A DNA stretch of 64,000 nucleotides. It comes from Candidatus Staskawiczbacteria bacterium. Lineage in GTDB: Bacteria; Patescibacteriota; Minisyncoccia; Minisyncoccales; Staskawiczbacteraceae. A model generated the notes under the pieces. It did not search any database and had not been told where the DNA came from. It saw only the letters and a list, made by a program, of their open reading frames with translations. The position numbers and the translations under genes are program-made. The stretch spans positions 2,290-66,289 of the forward strand of contig JAPLZF010000009.1 in assembly GCA_026395175.1 (NCBI GenBank), given 5' to 3'. Positions 29,765-39,450 of the stretch are shown in pieces (the stretch's first letter is position 1; the number at the start of each line of letters is the position of its first letter).

Positions 29765-31564
29765 ATGCGCGTAGCAGACTACATAGCAAAATTTATTTAC
29801 GAAAACGGCACAAAGCATGTTTTTATGTTTTCTGGCGGAGGAATAATGCATCTCACAGACGGCCTTGCCTGCAATAAAAATTTGAAAAAAATCTGCGTCC
29901 ATCATGAACAAACCGCATCAATGGCAATTGAAGCATACTCAAGGCTTACAGGAAAAATGGGCGTTGGATATTTTACCACAGGTCCCGGCGCGACAAATGC
30001 CTTAACCGGTCTTGCGGGCGCATGGCTGGATTCTGTGCCCTGTCTTTTTATTTCCGGCCAGGCAAAAAGAAAAGATTCTGTGCGCATGGCAAAAATTCCA
30101 GGGCTCAGGCAAGTGGGCGTGCAGGAAATAGACATAATACCTGTCATAAAATCGGTCACAAAATATTCTGCCTTTGTAGACAATCCGAATGATATCAAAT
30201 ATCATCTCCAAAAAGCTTATTACTTTGCAAAAGAAGGCAGGCCAGGCCCTGTCTGGCTGGATATTCCGCTTGACGTCCAGGGAGCTGAAATTGATGAAAA
30301 AAACTTGAAGAGCTTTTATGCTCCCAAAGAAAAAAATAAAATATCAGACGGCGACATTAAAAAAATAATCAAATATCTCAAATCAGCAAAAAGACCTGTA
30401 ATTTTGGCGGGATACGGAGTAAGAATTTCGGGAGCTAAAAGCCAATTGTCTGATTTTGCCAAAAAATATAAAATACCCGTGGTCACAACTTATCTTGGAG
30501 TTGATTTGATTGAAGAAAACCATGCCTGCTATTCGGGAAGAATTGGAATCAAAGGAACAAGGTCGGGAAATTTAGCCGTGCAGAATTCTGACTTGCTGAT
30601 AGTGATCGCAAGCAGTTTGCCCGTGGCAGAGGTCAATTATGAATATAGCCAATTTGCCAGAGACGCCAAAATTGTTGTTGTGGACATTGATATGTCTTCG
30701 CATAAGAAAAAAACCATAAAAATTGACACTTTGATAAAGGGCGATGTTAAAGAATTTTTAGAAAAACTTTTAAAAAATTCAAAAAAAGAAAACTTTGATT
30801 TTGACAAAAACTGGCTGAAAACATGCGCAGGCTGGAAAAAGAAATATCCCGTCTGCCTGCCGGAATATAAAAAATTAAAAAATAAAATCAACCTTTATTA
30901 TTTTTTAGAAAAACTTTCGCAGAAACTTTCAAAAAATGACGTGGTCATAACAGATGCAGGCTCTGTTTTTTACGTAGGCTCGCAAGGAATAAAAATAAAA
31001 AAAGGAATGAGGTATATAACTTCCGGCGGATTGGCAACCATGGGCTACAGCCTGCCGGCCGGCATTGGAGCAAGCGTTGGACTGGAAAACAAAAGAACAA
31101 TATGCATAACCGGCGACGGTTCTTTCCAGCTTAATATTCAGGAACTGCAGACTTTGGTCCATTATAAGTTGCCCGTAAAACTTTTTGTGATTAACAACGG
31201 AGGATACCTTTCCATCAGATTTACGCAAAGAAAATTTTTCAACAGCCGTTTTATCGGAGTAGATAAGAATTCCGGAATTTCTTTCCCGAATATTGAAAAA
31301 ATCGCCAAGGCTTATGGAATAAAATTCGTCCGGGCAAAAAATAACAAAGAATTGGGCGCTGCCCTTGATAAAACTTTAAAATATAAAGGCCCTGTTATCT
31401 GCGAAATAATAAGTCCTGAAAATCAGGAAATTATTCCAGCTGTCGCTTCGGAAAAAAATCCTGACGGCGCCATGGTTTCAAAACCTTTGGAAGATATGTA
31501 TCCGTTTTTGGACAGGGAAGAATTCAAAAAAGAAATGATTATTAAGCCCTTGAAGAATAATTGA
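29765..31564 (+). CDS. ThDP-dependent acetolactate-synthase-like enzyme (YerE-like, branched-sugar synthesis)
   Basis: HHEQTASMA (catalytic Glu), TTGPGATN, GRPGPVWLDIPLDVQ, TMGYSLP, GDGSFQLNIQEL…NNGGY; C-terminal SKPLEDMYP; lies near rfbH. Confidence 0.85.
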   Translation: MRVADYIAKFIYENGTKHVFMFSGGGIMHLTDGLACNKNLKKICVHHEQTASMAIEAYSRLTGKMGVGYFTTGPGATNALTGLAGAWLDSVPCLFISGQAKRKDSVRMAKIPGLRQVGVQEIDIIPVIKSVTKYSAFVDNPNDIKYHLQKAYYFAKEGRPGPVWLDIPLDVQGAEIDEKNLKSFYAPKEKNKISDGDIKKIIKYLKSAKRPVILAGYGVRISGAKSQLSDFAKKYKIPVVTTYLGVDLIEENHACYSGRIGIKGTRSGNLAVQNSDLLIVIASSLPVAEVNYEYSQFARDAKIVVVDIDMSSHKKKTIKIDTLIKGDVKEFLEKLLKNSKKENFDFDKNWLKTCAGWKKKYPVCLPEYKKLKNKINLYYFLEKLSQKLSKNDVVITDAGSVFYVGSQGIKIKKGMRYITSGGLATMGYSLPAGIGASVGLENKRTICITGDGSFQLNIQELQTLVHYKLPVKLFVINNGGYLSIRFTQRKFFNSRFIGVDKNSGISFPNIEKIAKAYGIKFVRAKNNKELGAALDKTLKYKGPVICEIISPENQEIIPAVASEKNPDGAMVSKPLEDMYPFLDREEFKKEMIIKPLKNN

Positions 31565-31565
31565 A

Positions 31566-32441
31566 ATGGCTGACAACCGCAAAAAAATATTCCTTTCAGG
31601 AGGCGACGGATTCATAGGCCGAAATATATTAGAATGCCTCAACGAAAAATACAATTTTGTGTCGCCGTCTGCAAAAGAACTCGACCTGACAAATGCCCAG
31701 GCGGTATATGATTTTTTGGAAAAAGAAAAAGTTGATATTGTGCTGCACGCAGCAAATGTTGGCGGAATAAAGGGGGAAAAAGAACCGCCGGACGCAATTT
31801 CTGCAAATCTGAAAATGTTTTTTAATTTGTTGAGGGCAAAACCCTTTTACAAAAAAATGATAATGTTCGGTTCTGGCGCAGAATATGGCAAAACAAGGCC
31901 GATTGTAAAAATAAAAGAAGATGATTTTGACAAATATATTCCGGAAGACCAATACGGATTCTACAAATATATCTGCTCAAAATATGCCGAAAAAACAGAC
32001 TTTATCACCCACATCCGGCTTTTTGGAGTATTTGGAAAATACGAACAATATGAAACGCGGTTTATTTCAAATGCCATCTGCAGAGTCCTGCTTGATATAC
32101 CCATAGCCATAAACCAAAATGTATTTTTCGATTATATTTGTGCAGAAGACGTGGCTAAAGCTGTCGATTGCCTTATAGAAAAAAAAGCAAAACATAAATT
32201 TTACAACATAGGCTCGGGCAGACAGATTGATTTGATGGCAATCGCCAAAAAAATATTGCAAATATCCGGCAAAAATCTGGAAATATTGGTGGAAAACAGC
32301 GGTTTGAACAATGAATACACCTGCGACGTTTCCAGATTCTTATCGGAATTTCCCGATTTTAAATGTGCCGACTTTGAAGAATCCATAAAAAAAATGTTTG
32401 ATTATTACAAACCCCTGATTTCTCAAATAAACATAAAATAA
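31566..32441 (+). CDS. NAD-dependent epimerase/reductase (SDR), probable NDP-keto-sugar reductase
   Basis: GGDGFIG, GSGAEY, YGFYK (YxxxK), RLFGVFG. Confidence 0.8.
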   Translation: MADNRKKIFLSGGDGFIGRNILECLNEKYNFVSPSAKELDLTNAQAVYDFLEKEKVDIVLHAANVGGIKGEKEPPDAISANLKMFFNLLRAKPFYKKMIMFGSGAEYGKTRPIVKIKEDDFDKYIPEDQYGFYKYICSKYAEKTDFITHIRLFGVFGKYEQYETRFISNAICRVLLDIPIAINQNVFFDYICAEDVAKAVDCLIEKKAKHKFYNIGSGRQIDLMAIAKKILQISGKNLEILVENSGLNNEYTCDVSRFLSEFPDFKCADFEESIKKMFDYYKPLISQINIK

Positions 32442-32443
32442 AC

Positions 32444-33412
32444 ATGGAAGACAAATATTTATTAAGCATCTGCATACCAACTTACAACAGAGCTGACTAT
32501 TTGAAACAATGCCTTGATAATATTGTCCGCCAATTTGGCGATAAAAAAATAAAAGATTCAATTGAAATAGTTATTTCCGACAATGCCAGCAAAGACAACA
32601 CCGAAAATCTGGCAAAAGAATACCAAAGTCGATGGGACAACATAAAATATTTCAGAAATGAAAAAAATTTGGGCCCCGACGAGAATATGATAAATTCTGT
32701 TTTGAAGGCAGAAGGCAGATATTGCTGGACCATAGGAGACGACGATTTTATACAAAATGGCGGGCTGAATTTCATAATAAGCTCGTTGGAAAAAAAACCC
32801 GTGTCCCTGCTAACTATAAATTTTAATCCCTTTATCGACTTGGATGCCTGCGCCAAAAAAATTGAAAATATAGACGAAAAGCTTCTTATGTACTTCGATT
32901 CTCCGGAAAAATTCTGGTCTGACGGCTATTGCCAGGGCATTTTTGGAATTTTAATTTTTAACAAAAAACTATGGCTTGAAATTGACAGGAATAATTACGA
33001 AAAGCTTTGGGCTTATTATGAAATTATCCTGAAAATGATTGCCCGGTCTGACTTGCCGCTGGCTCATATAAATTATCCTCTAGCATTCATAGGCCAAGAT
33101 TACAGATGGAATGAAAATGGAACCGCCCTGCTTGTTTCGGTAAATTTTAAAAAACTTTTAGATAAATTAACCGATTACGGATATAGCAAAAAATTCATCA
33201 ACACTAAAAAATTAATAATAGCAAAAAGCCTGCCGACAGCTATCTTAAGCGCAAAAAGCTACGGCCTGAAATGCTCGTTTTCCAACTTAAAACTGATTTA
33301 CAAAAATTTTTATAATTATCCAATTTATGTTTTTGCAACCGCTTTGATTTTTTTCATACCAAATACAATTGTCAAAAAATTAAAATCCATAAAAAACAAG
33401 CTTAAAAAATAA
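32444..33412 (+). CDS. GT2 glycosyltransferase (RfbV/abequosyltransferase-like)
   Basis: LLSICIPTYNRADYL, ISDNASKD, NLGPDEN, WTIGDDD. Confidence 0.8.
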   Translation: MEDKYLLSICIPTYNRADYLKQCLDNIVRQFGDKKIKDSIEIVISDNASKDNTENLAKEYQSRWDNIKYFRNEKNLGPDENMINSVLKAEGRYCWTIGDDDFIQNGGLNFIISSLEKKPVSLLTINFNPFIDLDACAKKIENIDEKLLMYFDSPEKFWSDGYCQGIFGILIFNKKLWLEIDRNNYEKLWAYYEIILKMIARSDLPLAHINYPLAFIGQDYRWNENGTALLVSVNFKKLLDKLTDYGYSKKFINTKKLIIAKSLPTAILSAKSYGLKCSFSNLKLIYKNFYNYPIYVFATALIFFIPNTIVKKLKSIKNKLKK

Positions 33413-33420
33413 AAATCCGC

Positions 33421-34734
33421 ATGCAAAAAAAAATAAAAAAAGAGATATTAAAAAAAGTAAAAGATTTTTATTCTGCCAGGCCGAAAGAAAAATTCCTGCC
33501 TGGCAAAACCTACATAAACTATGCCGGCAGAGTTTATGACGAAAAAGAGCTGGTTAATTTGGTTGACAGCTCCTTGGACTTCTGGCTGACAACCGGAAAA
33601 AATGCCGCCAAGTTTGAAAAAGAGTTTGCCGATTTTTTAGGAGCAAAACATTGCTTGCTGACTAATTCCGGCTCTTCTGCCAATCTTTTGGCTGTTTCTG
33701 CCCTTACCTCAAAAAAGCTCAAAGAAAGAAGATTAAAGCCGGGCGACGAAGTCATAACAATTGCCTGCGGTTTTCCGACAACGCTTAATCCGATAATCCA
33801 GAATGGCTTGACGCCGGTTTTTGTCGACATTGAATTGGGAAGCTACAACATTGATGCAGATAAAATTGAAAAAGCGCTTTCCAAAAAAACAAAAGCAATT
33901 TTCATAGCCCACACATTGGGAAACCCTTTTAATATCGAAAAAATTTTGAAAATAGCCAAAAAATATAATCTCTGGCTTATCGAGGACAACTGCGACGCCT
34001 TGGGCTCTGAATATAACAACAAATACACCGGCACTTTTGGAGATATTTCTACGTTCAGCTTTTATCCTGCCCACCATATGACTATGGGCGAAGGCGGAGC
34101 GATTGTGACAAATAATTTTGAACTGAAAAAAATAATCTCTTCTTTCCGCGACTGGGGCAGGGACTGCTGGTGCGAATCGGGATGCGACAATACCTGCAAA
34201 AAAAGATTCGGATGGAAACTGGGAAAAATGCCTTTCGGCTACGACCACAAATATATTTATTCGCATATCGGATATAACCTTAAAATTACCGACCTTCAAG
34301 CGGCAATCGGGCTGGCCCAATTAAAAAAACTTCCTTCTTTCATTGAAAAAAGAAGAGAAAATTTTGATGCAATTTACAATATATTGGAGCCGTACCAAAA
34401 ATATCTATTGTTGCCGAAAATAGAAAAAAACTGCAAGCCTTCGTGGTTCGGTTTTCCCATCTTAGTGAAAAAGACAGCTTGTTTTACAAGAAACGACATC
34501 GTAAATTATTTGGAAAATAATAAAATAGCAACCCGCATGCTTTTTGGAGGGAATCTTTTGAAACAGCCCGCTTATCTTAATATAAAGCGCCGAGTCCATG
34601 AAAAATTAAAGAATACCGACATCGTGATGGATGACCTGTTTTGGATAGGCGTTTATCCCGGAATCGGCAAGGAACAGATAAATCACATAGCAAAAACTAT
34701 TAAAAAGTTTTTTGAAGAAAAAAAATGTATATAG
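33421..34734 (+). CDS. rfbH: CDP-4-keto-6-deoxyglucose 3-dehydratase (E1, DdhC)
   Basis: NSGSSANL, EDNCDALG, SFYPAHHMTMGEGG (His instead of the PLP Lys), Fe-S motif GRDCWCESGCDNTCKKRF, YDHKYIYSHIGYNLK. Confidence 0.93.
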   Translation: MQKKIKKEILKKVKDFYSARPKEKFLPGKTYINYAGRVYDEKELVNLVDSSLDFWLTTGKNAAKFEKEFADFLGAKHCLLTNSGSSANLLAVSALTSKKLKERRLKPGDEVITIACGFPTTLNPIIQNGLTPVFVDIELGSYNIDADKIEKALSKKTKAIFIAHTLGNPFNIEKILKIAKKYNLWLIEDNCDALGSEYNNKYTGTFGDISTFSFYPAHHMTMGEGGAIVTNNFELKKIISSFRDWGRDCWCESGCDNTCKKRFGWKLGKMPFGYDHKYIYSHIGYNLKITDLQAAIGLAQLKKLPSFIEKRRENFDAIYNILEPYQKYLLLPKIEKNCKPSWFGFPILVKKTACFTRNDIVNYLENNKIATRMLFGGNLLKQPAYLNIKRRVHEKLKNTDIVMDDLFWIGVYPGIGKEQINHIAKTIKKFFEEKKCI

Positions 34735-35753
34735 GATTTTACAGCAACCATAATTTATACAATAAAAATAAAATGCTTACAGACCCCTCTTCGACCATAG
34801 GGGATAATTTGATGTATCCTTTTTTTTATCTGGCTCAGCAACTTGAAAAATTGGGGCACAAATCAGCCACCATCGACACAGATAATATTGAGAATTTTGA
34901 TGCTGTAGTATTTTTGGAGTTCCCCACTTTAAAAAACAAATATTTCAGGCAGCTTTTAAAATTAGGGCGCGATAATATGTATCTTCTTATTTTTGAATCG
35001 CCTTTGATAAAACCGGATAATTTAGACTTGAAAAACCACAAATATTTCAAAAAAATATTTACATGGACAGACGAGCTGGTAGACAACAAAAAATATTTCA
35101 AAATAAATTACAGCCATAAAATCCCGGAAAAATTGGATTTTGACATAAACAAAAAAGGAAAACTGTGCGCTGTAATATCGGGCAATAAGCTTACTCCCCA
35201 CCCCAAAGAATTATATTCTGAAAGAATAAGAGCCATTCGCTGGTTTGAAAAAAATCATCCTGAAGATTTCGACCTTTTCGGCATGGGATGGGACAGATAT
35301 AATTTTCAGGGAAATTTTTTAGGAATAAATATAGCCAGGCTGAACCGTCTTGCATTTCTGGCAAAAATGCTGGCGCCGAATTATCCTTCTTACAAAGGAA
35401 AAATCAAGTCAAAGAATGAAACCTACAAAAAATATAAATTTTCCATATGCTATGAAAATATAGAAGGTTTTCCGGGATATATTACCGAAAAAATAATTGA
35501 CTGCTTTTTTGCCGGCTGCGTGCCAGTATATTTAGGCGCTCCGAATATAACAGACCACATTCCTGAAAATACTTTCATCGACAAAAGAAATTTTCACAGC
35601 TACGAAGACTTGTATAAATATCTCAAAAATATGAGCAATGAAAAATACGCCGAATATTTAGAGGCGATAAAAAACTTCATCAGAAGCGAAAAATTTTATC
35701 CGTTCACCGCAGAATATTTTGCAGAAACACTAATGCGGGAAATCATAAAATGA
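34725..35753 (+). CDS. GT10 family (alpha-1,3-fucosyltransferase-like) glycosyltransferase
   Basis: ELYSER, YKFSICYEN…GYITEKIIDCFFAGCVPVYLGA (GT10 alpha-3 motif). Confidence 0.85.
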   Translation: MYIGFYSNHNLYNKNKMLTDPSSTIGDNLMYPFFYLAQQLEKLGHKSATIDTDNIENFDAVVFLEFPTLKNKYFRQLLKLGRDNMYLLIFESPLIKPDNLDLKNHKYFKKIFTWTDELVDNKKYFKINYSHKIPEKLDFDINKKGKLCAVISGNKLTPHPKELYSERIRAIRWFEKNHPEDFDLFGMGWDRYNFQGNFLGINIARLNRLAFLAKMLAPNYPSYKGKIKSKNETYKKYKFSICYENIEGFPGYITEKIIDCFFAGCVPVYLGAPNITDHIPENTFIDKRNFHSYEDLYKYLKNMSNEKYAEYLEAIKNFIRSEKFYPFTAEYFAETLMREIIK

Positions 35754-36799
35754 AAAAACCATTGCTGACAATTTGCGTTCTCTGCCACAACAGCGAAAAA
35801 TTCATTGAAAAAACCTTAAAATCCATTTTAAGCCAGGCTTATTCTGATTCCGAGATAATCATTTCTGACAATTATTCAGATGACAGCACGCCGGAAATTA
35901 TAAAGCATTTCCAAAAAGATTATCCGAAAATAATATACCGCAGGAATGAAAAGCCCTTGTTAGATGACCAAGACTATATCGGATGCTATGAGAATTACAA
36001 CACCTGTCTCAAATCCGGGCTGATAAACGGCGAATTTGTCGCTTTCTGCCACGACGACGATATTTATCATAAAGATGTTTTCGAAAAACAGATAAATTTT
36101 TTAATCAAAAATCCTGAAGCTGGAGCTGTTTTTACAATGGTGAATCTTATTAATAACAATGATAAAATAATCAGGACAACCAGAATTCCAAAAATCCTCG
36201 GCAAAAAAAATATCCATAATTTTACAGAAATATTCAACGCCCTTCTCTATAATGGAAATACTTTTTTAGAAACTCCGGCTTTTTTGGCAAGAAAAAAAAC
36301 ATTTGAAACCTCAGGATTTTTTAATGAAGACAGATTCCGCACATCGGCCGACCTTGAAATGTGGCTAAGAATAGCGGAAAAATATTCCATTGGCATCCTT
36401 GATGAAAGGCTGGTAGATTACAGGGTTGGAGGCGGAGGGCGGGCTTACCAGCGCTTGCGGAATAAAAGATCTGATTTTTTTTCAGTAATGGATTATTATC
36501 TGGAAAAAAAATCATTGGCTGCCGAAAATAAATTTTTAAGGCAATATGAATATCAAAAAAATTTCGACGACACTTTGCTGGCGCTCAATTTTCTTATGAA
36601 AGACGATATAACTGCGGCTAAAAAAATAATAAATCAGCCGGTTAAGTTGAGCATTTTTTTGGCTTTTTTTGAAAATATCACGTTGAAAAGAATGCAGGTT
36701 TCAATGCTGAGAATCATTATGTTTTTGGGAATTAATGCCGGATTTGGAAAATATCTCAAAAAAATATTTCAAACGCTTATCGTCATAAATCGCCGATGA
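35750..36799 (+). CDS. GT2 glycosyltransferase
   Basis: LTICVLCHN, ISDNYSDD, HDDD, SADLEMWLR. Confidence 0.85.
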   Translation: MKKPLLTICVLCHNSEKFIEKTLKSILSQAYSDSEIIISDNYSDDSTPEIIKHFQKDYPKIIYRRNEKPLLDDQDYIGCYENYNTCLKSGLINGEFVAFCHDDDIYHKDVFEKQINFLIKNPEAGAVFTMVNLINNNDKIIRTTRIPKILGKKNIHNFTEIFNALLYNGNTFLETPAFLARKKTFETSGFFNEDRFRTSADLEMWLRIAEKYSIGILDERLVDYRVGGGGRAYQRLRNKRSDFFSVMDYYLEKKSLAAENKFLRQYEYQKNFDDTLLALNFLMKDDITAAKKIINQPVKLSIFLAFFENITLKRMQVSMLRIIMFLGINAGFGKYLKKIFQTLIVINRR

Positions 36800-37565
36800 C
36801 TCCGGCATATTTATTCTCAAATTCAAAAATATGGAATTTATCAATTTGTTTTTTCCGCAAGTAATCGTAAAAATGAGAATTGTCCTGGATATCATCAAAA
36901 ATTATAACAGCGCCGGCATTAAATAATTTTTCCAGCTGTTTTACCGCAAAAGCCCTGCCTCTGTAACTTTTGTCGGAATCATAATGGAATATGTCAATTT
37001 TGCCAATCTCTTTTTTTATTTTTGGAATATTAATTTCATCTCCTTTTATAAAAAGCTTCCAGTTTTTTTTGAATCTTTCTTCCACTAAAATGCCGACATA
37101 TTTTTGTGGCTCTGCCAATCTGAAATATAAAAGGTCGCTGCTGTATAAAATTCCCTGCCCGTTTTCATAAATTGCCTTCAAAAACATTTGACTGGAAAAA
37201 CCGGCTGCCACGCCGGTCTCGAATATGCGGTTTGGTTTTTTCAATTTCGTCAAAAAATAAAGCACAGGGTAAATGCCTCCTCCGCCAAGGTCATAACCGA
37301 TTTCCGGCAAAACATTATTTGCTTTTAACTTAAGCTCTGACGCGCATTTTAATGATTCTTCCCAGAGTTTATTATTTATATTTCTAAAAATTTCTGAATA
37401 ATCAGAGCAATTTTTTTTAATCCATTTTAAATTTTCTTCTTTAGACAAACTGCCTTTTTCATCAAAAAATCTTTCGACAGCTTTGCCTGCCAAAACTCTA
37501 AAATTTTCCGGAGACTTAAATCCGAATTTTATAATATTAAGCAGATTTTCAGACATTTTTTTCAT
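36783..37565 (-). CDS. Class I SAM-dependent methyltransferase (Methyltransf_24-like)
   Basis: FETGVAAGFSS, LYSSD, IDIFHYDSDKSY, IIFDDI. Confidence 0.75.
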   Translation of the reverse strand: MKKMSENLLNIIKFGFKSPENFRVLAGKAVERFFDEKGSLSKEENLKWIKKNCSDYSEIFRNINNKLWEESLKCASELKLKANNVLPEIGYDLGGGGIYPVLYFLTKLKKPNRIFETGVAAGFSSQMFLKAIYENGQGILYSSDLLYFRLAEPQKYVGILVEERFKKNWKLFIKGDEINIPKIKKEIGKIDIFHYDSDKSYRGRAFAVKQLEKLFNAGAVIIFDDIQDNSHFYDYLRKKQIDKFHIFEFENKYAGVIGDL

Positions 37566-38487
37566 ACCATTCAATTGTATTTTTAAGACCGGCTTTGAAA
37601 TTAGTTTTTGCCAGGAAGCCGAACTCTTTTTTTGCAAGAGACGTATCAAGCGACCTTCTCGGCTGGCCGTCGGGCTTTGTTTTATCCCATTTGATTTTTC
37701 CTTTAAAATTCATCAACCTGCAAATTAAATCCGCCAAATCCTTTATTGAAATTTCCAAATCAGAACCCAAATTCACAGGCTCTGATTTTTCATATTTTTC
37801 CGTTGCCAGAATAATTCCTTCAGCCGCGTCTTCAACATACAAGAATCCCCTGGTGGCCTTTCCTGTTCCCCAGGCTTCAATATATTTTTTTCCGTCTCTT
37901 TTTGCCTCGTAAATTTTTCGTATCAAAGCAGCTATGACGTGCGAAGATTCAGGATTGAAATTGTCGCCGGGACCGTACATATTCAGGGGCAATAAAAATA
38001 CTGAATTAAATCCATATTGCGCCCGATAGGCCAAAGACTGCACCAAAAGCATTTTTTTAGCCAGCCCGTAAGGCGCGTTTGTTTCTTCGGGGTATCCATT
38101 CCATAAATTTTTTTCTTTAAAAGGAACGGGCGTAAATTTTGGATAAGCGCAAACTGTTCCAAGCGCCACAAATTTTTCAACGCCTTCTTGCCGGGCTACT
38201 TCCATCAGCTGGGCCCCCATTATAATATTGTCGTAAAAAAGTTCCCCGGGTTTTGCCTTGTTAAACCCAATTCCGCCCACCTTGGCGGCAAGATGTATTA
38301 CAATATTTTTACCTTTTACCGCCTTTACGCAGTCTTCCCATTTTCTCAAATCTAATTCTTCAATCGACGGCAAAAACAAATTTTTTTCCAAAACTTTTCT
38401 TTTTTCCAACAAATTGGCAACCAAGCGCTTTCCTAAAAATCCGCCCGCGCCTGTTATTAAAATTTTTTTATCTTTAAGATTTATCAT
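37549..38487 (-). CDS. fcl: GDP-L-fucose synthase
   Basis: HLAAKVGGI, GTVCAYPK, PEETNAPYGLAK, NMYGPGDNF..SSHV, WGTGKATR, KPDGQPRR. Confidence 0.9.
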   Translation of the reverse strand: MINLKDKKILITGAGGFLGKRLVANLLEKRKVLEKNLFLPSIEELDLRKWEDCVKAVKGKNIVIHLAAKVGGIGFNKAKPGELFYDNIIMGAQLMEVARQEGVEKFVALGTVCAYPKFTPVPFKEKNLWNGYPEETNAPYGLAKKMLLVQSLAYRAQYGFNSVFLLPLNMYGPGDNFNPESSHVIAALIRKIYEAKRDGKKYIEAWGTGKATRGFLYVEDAAEGIILATEKYEKSEPVNLGSDLEISIKDLADLICRLMNFKGKIKWDKTKPDGQPRRSLDTSLAKKEFGFLAKTNFKAGLKNTIEWYEKNV

Positions 38488-38488
38488 A

Positions 38489-39448
38489 TTAATTCTTGTA
38501 ATAAGATATGATATTTAAAAGCCCTTCTTCAAGAGAAACCGCAGGATGATATTTTAAAATTTTAACCATTTTTCCTATTTCAGGAAATCTATGCCTTATA
38601 TCAACTCTTTTTGTTTCCACCAGTTTTGGCTTTAATTTTTCTTTTTGGCCAGAATAATAAATTATTGAATTCGCCAGGTCATATATTGTAAGGGGTCTTC
38701 CTGTCCCGATATTAATAACTTCCCCGTTGGAACTGTCCAGTTCCATTGCTTTTACAGACGCTTCTATATTGTCTTTTATATAAACAAAATCCCTTGTCTG
38801 GCTTCCATCGCCGAAAACAGTGGGGCATTTCCCTTCTAAAACTTGCTTTACAAAAATGCCGACGACAAAACCATAATCGCTGCTTTCCTGGCGAGGTCCG
38901 TAGACATTAAAAAATCTCAAGGCGCATGTTTTCAATCCGTATTTCTGCCAATATGATTCCAAAAATTTTTCTCCCAAAAGCTTTACAACAGCATAAGGAA
39001 TTTTAGGGTTGACAGAGCCGTCTTCGCGCTCGGGCAATTCTTTCGGCTCTCCATACACTTCAGAGCTTGATGAAAATACAACTTTAGGCCTGCCATTTTT
39101 CAGCGACAATTCTAAAATATTTTTGATGCCCTCGACGTCATCCAGCACCAGCAGAGGATTTTCAATGGTTCTTTTCACGCCCACCATAGCCGCATAATGG
39201 AAAACTCCGTCAAATTTATATTTTTTGAAAACCGGCGCGATTTCTTTTATTTTGTTGGCATCGCCTTTTATAAATACAAAATCAGAATTATTTTTTAGAG
39301 AAGAAAGATTTTCAAGTTTTCCGGTGCTTAAATTGTCCAAGCAGACAACCTTACTGCCCTTTCCGATTAGTTTTTCGCACAAATGCGAACCAATAAACCC
39401 AGCTCCGCCGGTTATTAAAAATGTCTTTTTTTTATTTGATTTTTCCAT
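38489..39448 (-). CDS. NAD-dependent epimerase/dehydratase (SDR)
   Basis: ITGGAGFIGSHL, SSSEVYG, YAVVK, RFFNVYGPRQ, GDGSQTRDF. Confidence 0.85.
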   Translation of the reverse strand: MEKSNKKKTFLITGGAGFIGSHLCEKLIGKGSKVVCLDNLSTGKLENLSSLKNNSDFVFIKGDANKIKEIAPVFKKYKFDGVFHYAAMVGVKRTIENPLLVLDDVEGIKNILELSLKNGRPKVVFSSSSEVYGEPKELPEREDGSVNPKIPYAVVKLLGEKFLESYWQKYGLKTCALRFFNVYGPRQESSDYGFVVGIFVKQVLEGKCPTVFGDGSQTRDFVYIKDNIEASVKAMELDSSNGEVINIGTGRPLTIYDLANSIIYYSGQKEKLKPKLVETKRVDIRHRFPEIGKMVKILKYHPAVSLEEGLLNIISYYKN

Positions 39449-39450
39449 AT

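Noticed and set aside
29765..31564. ilvB / branched-chain amino-acid synthesis
   Set aside because: No regulatory subunit, ilvC or ilvD; it is embedded among NDP-sugar genes.
23681..36799. Site-specific invertible segment (shufflon-like)
   Set aside because: No inverted repeats at the ends and no recombinase; the right junction lies within overlapping coding ends.
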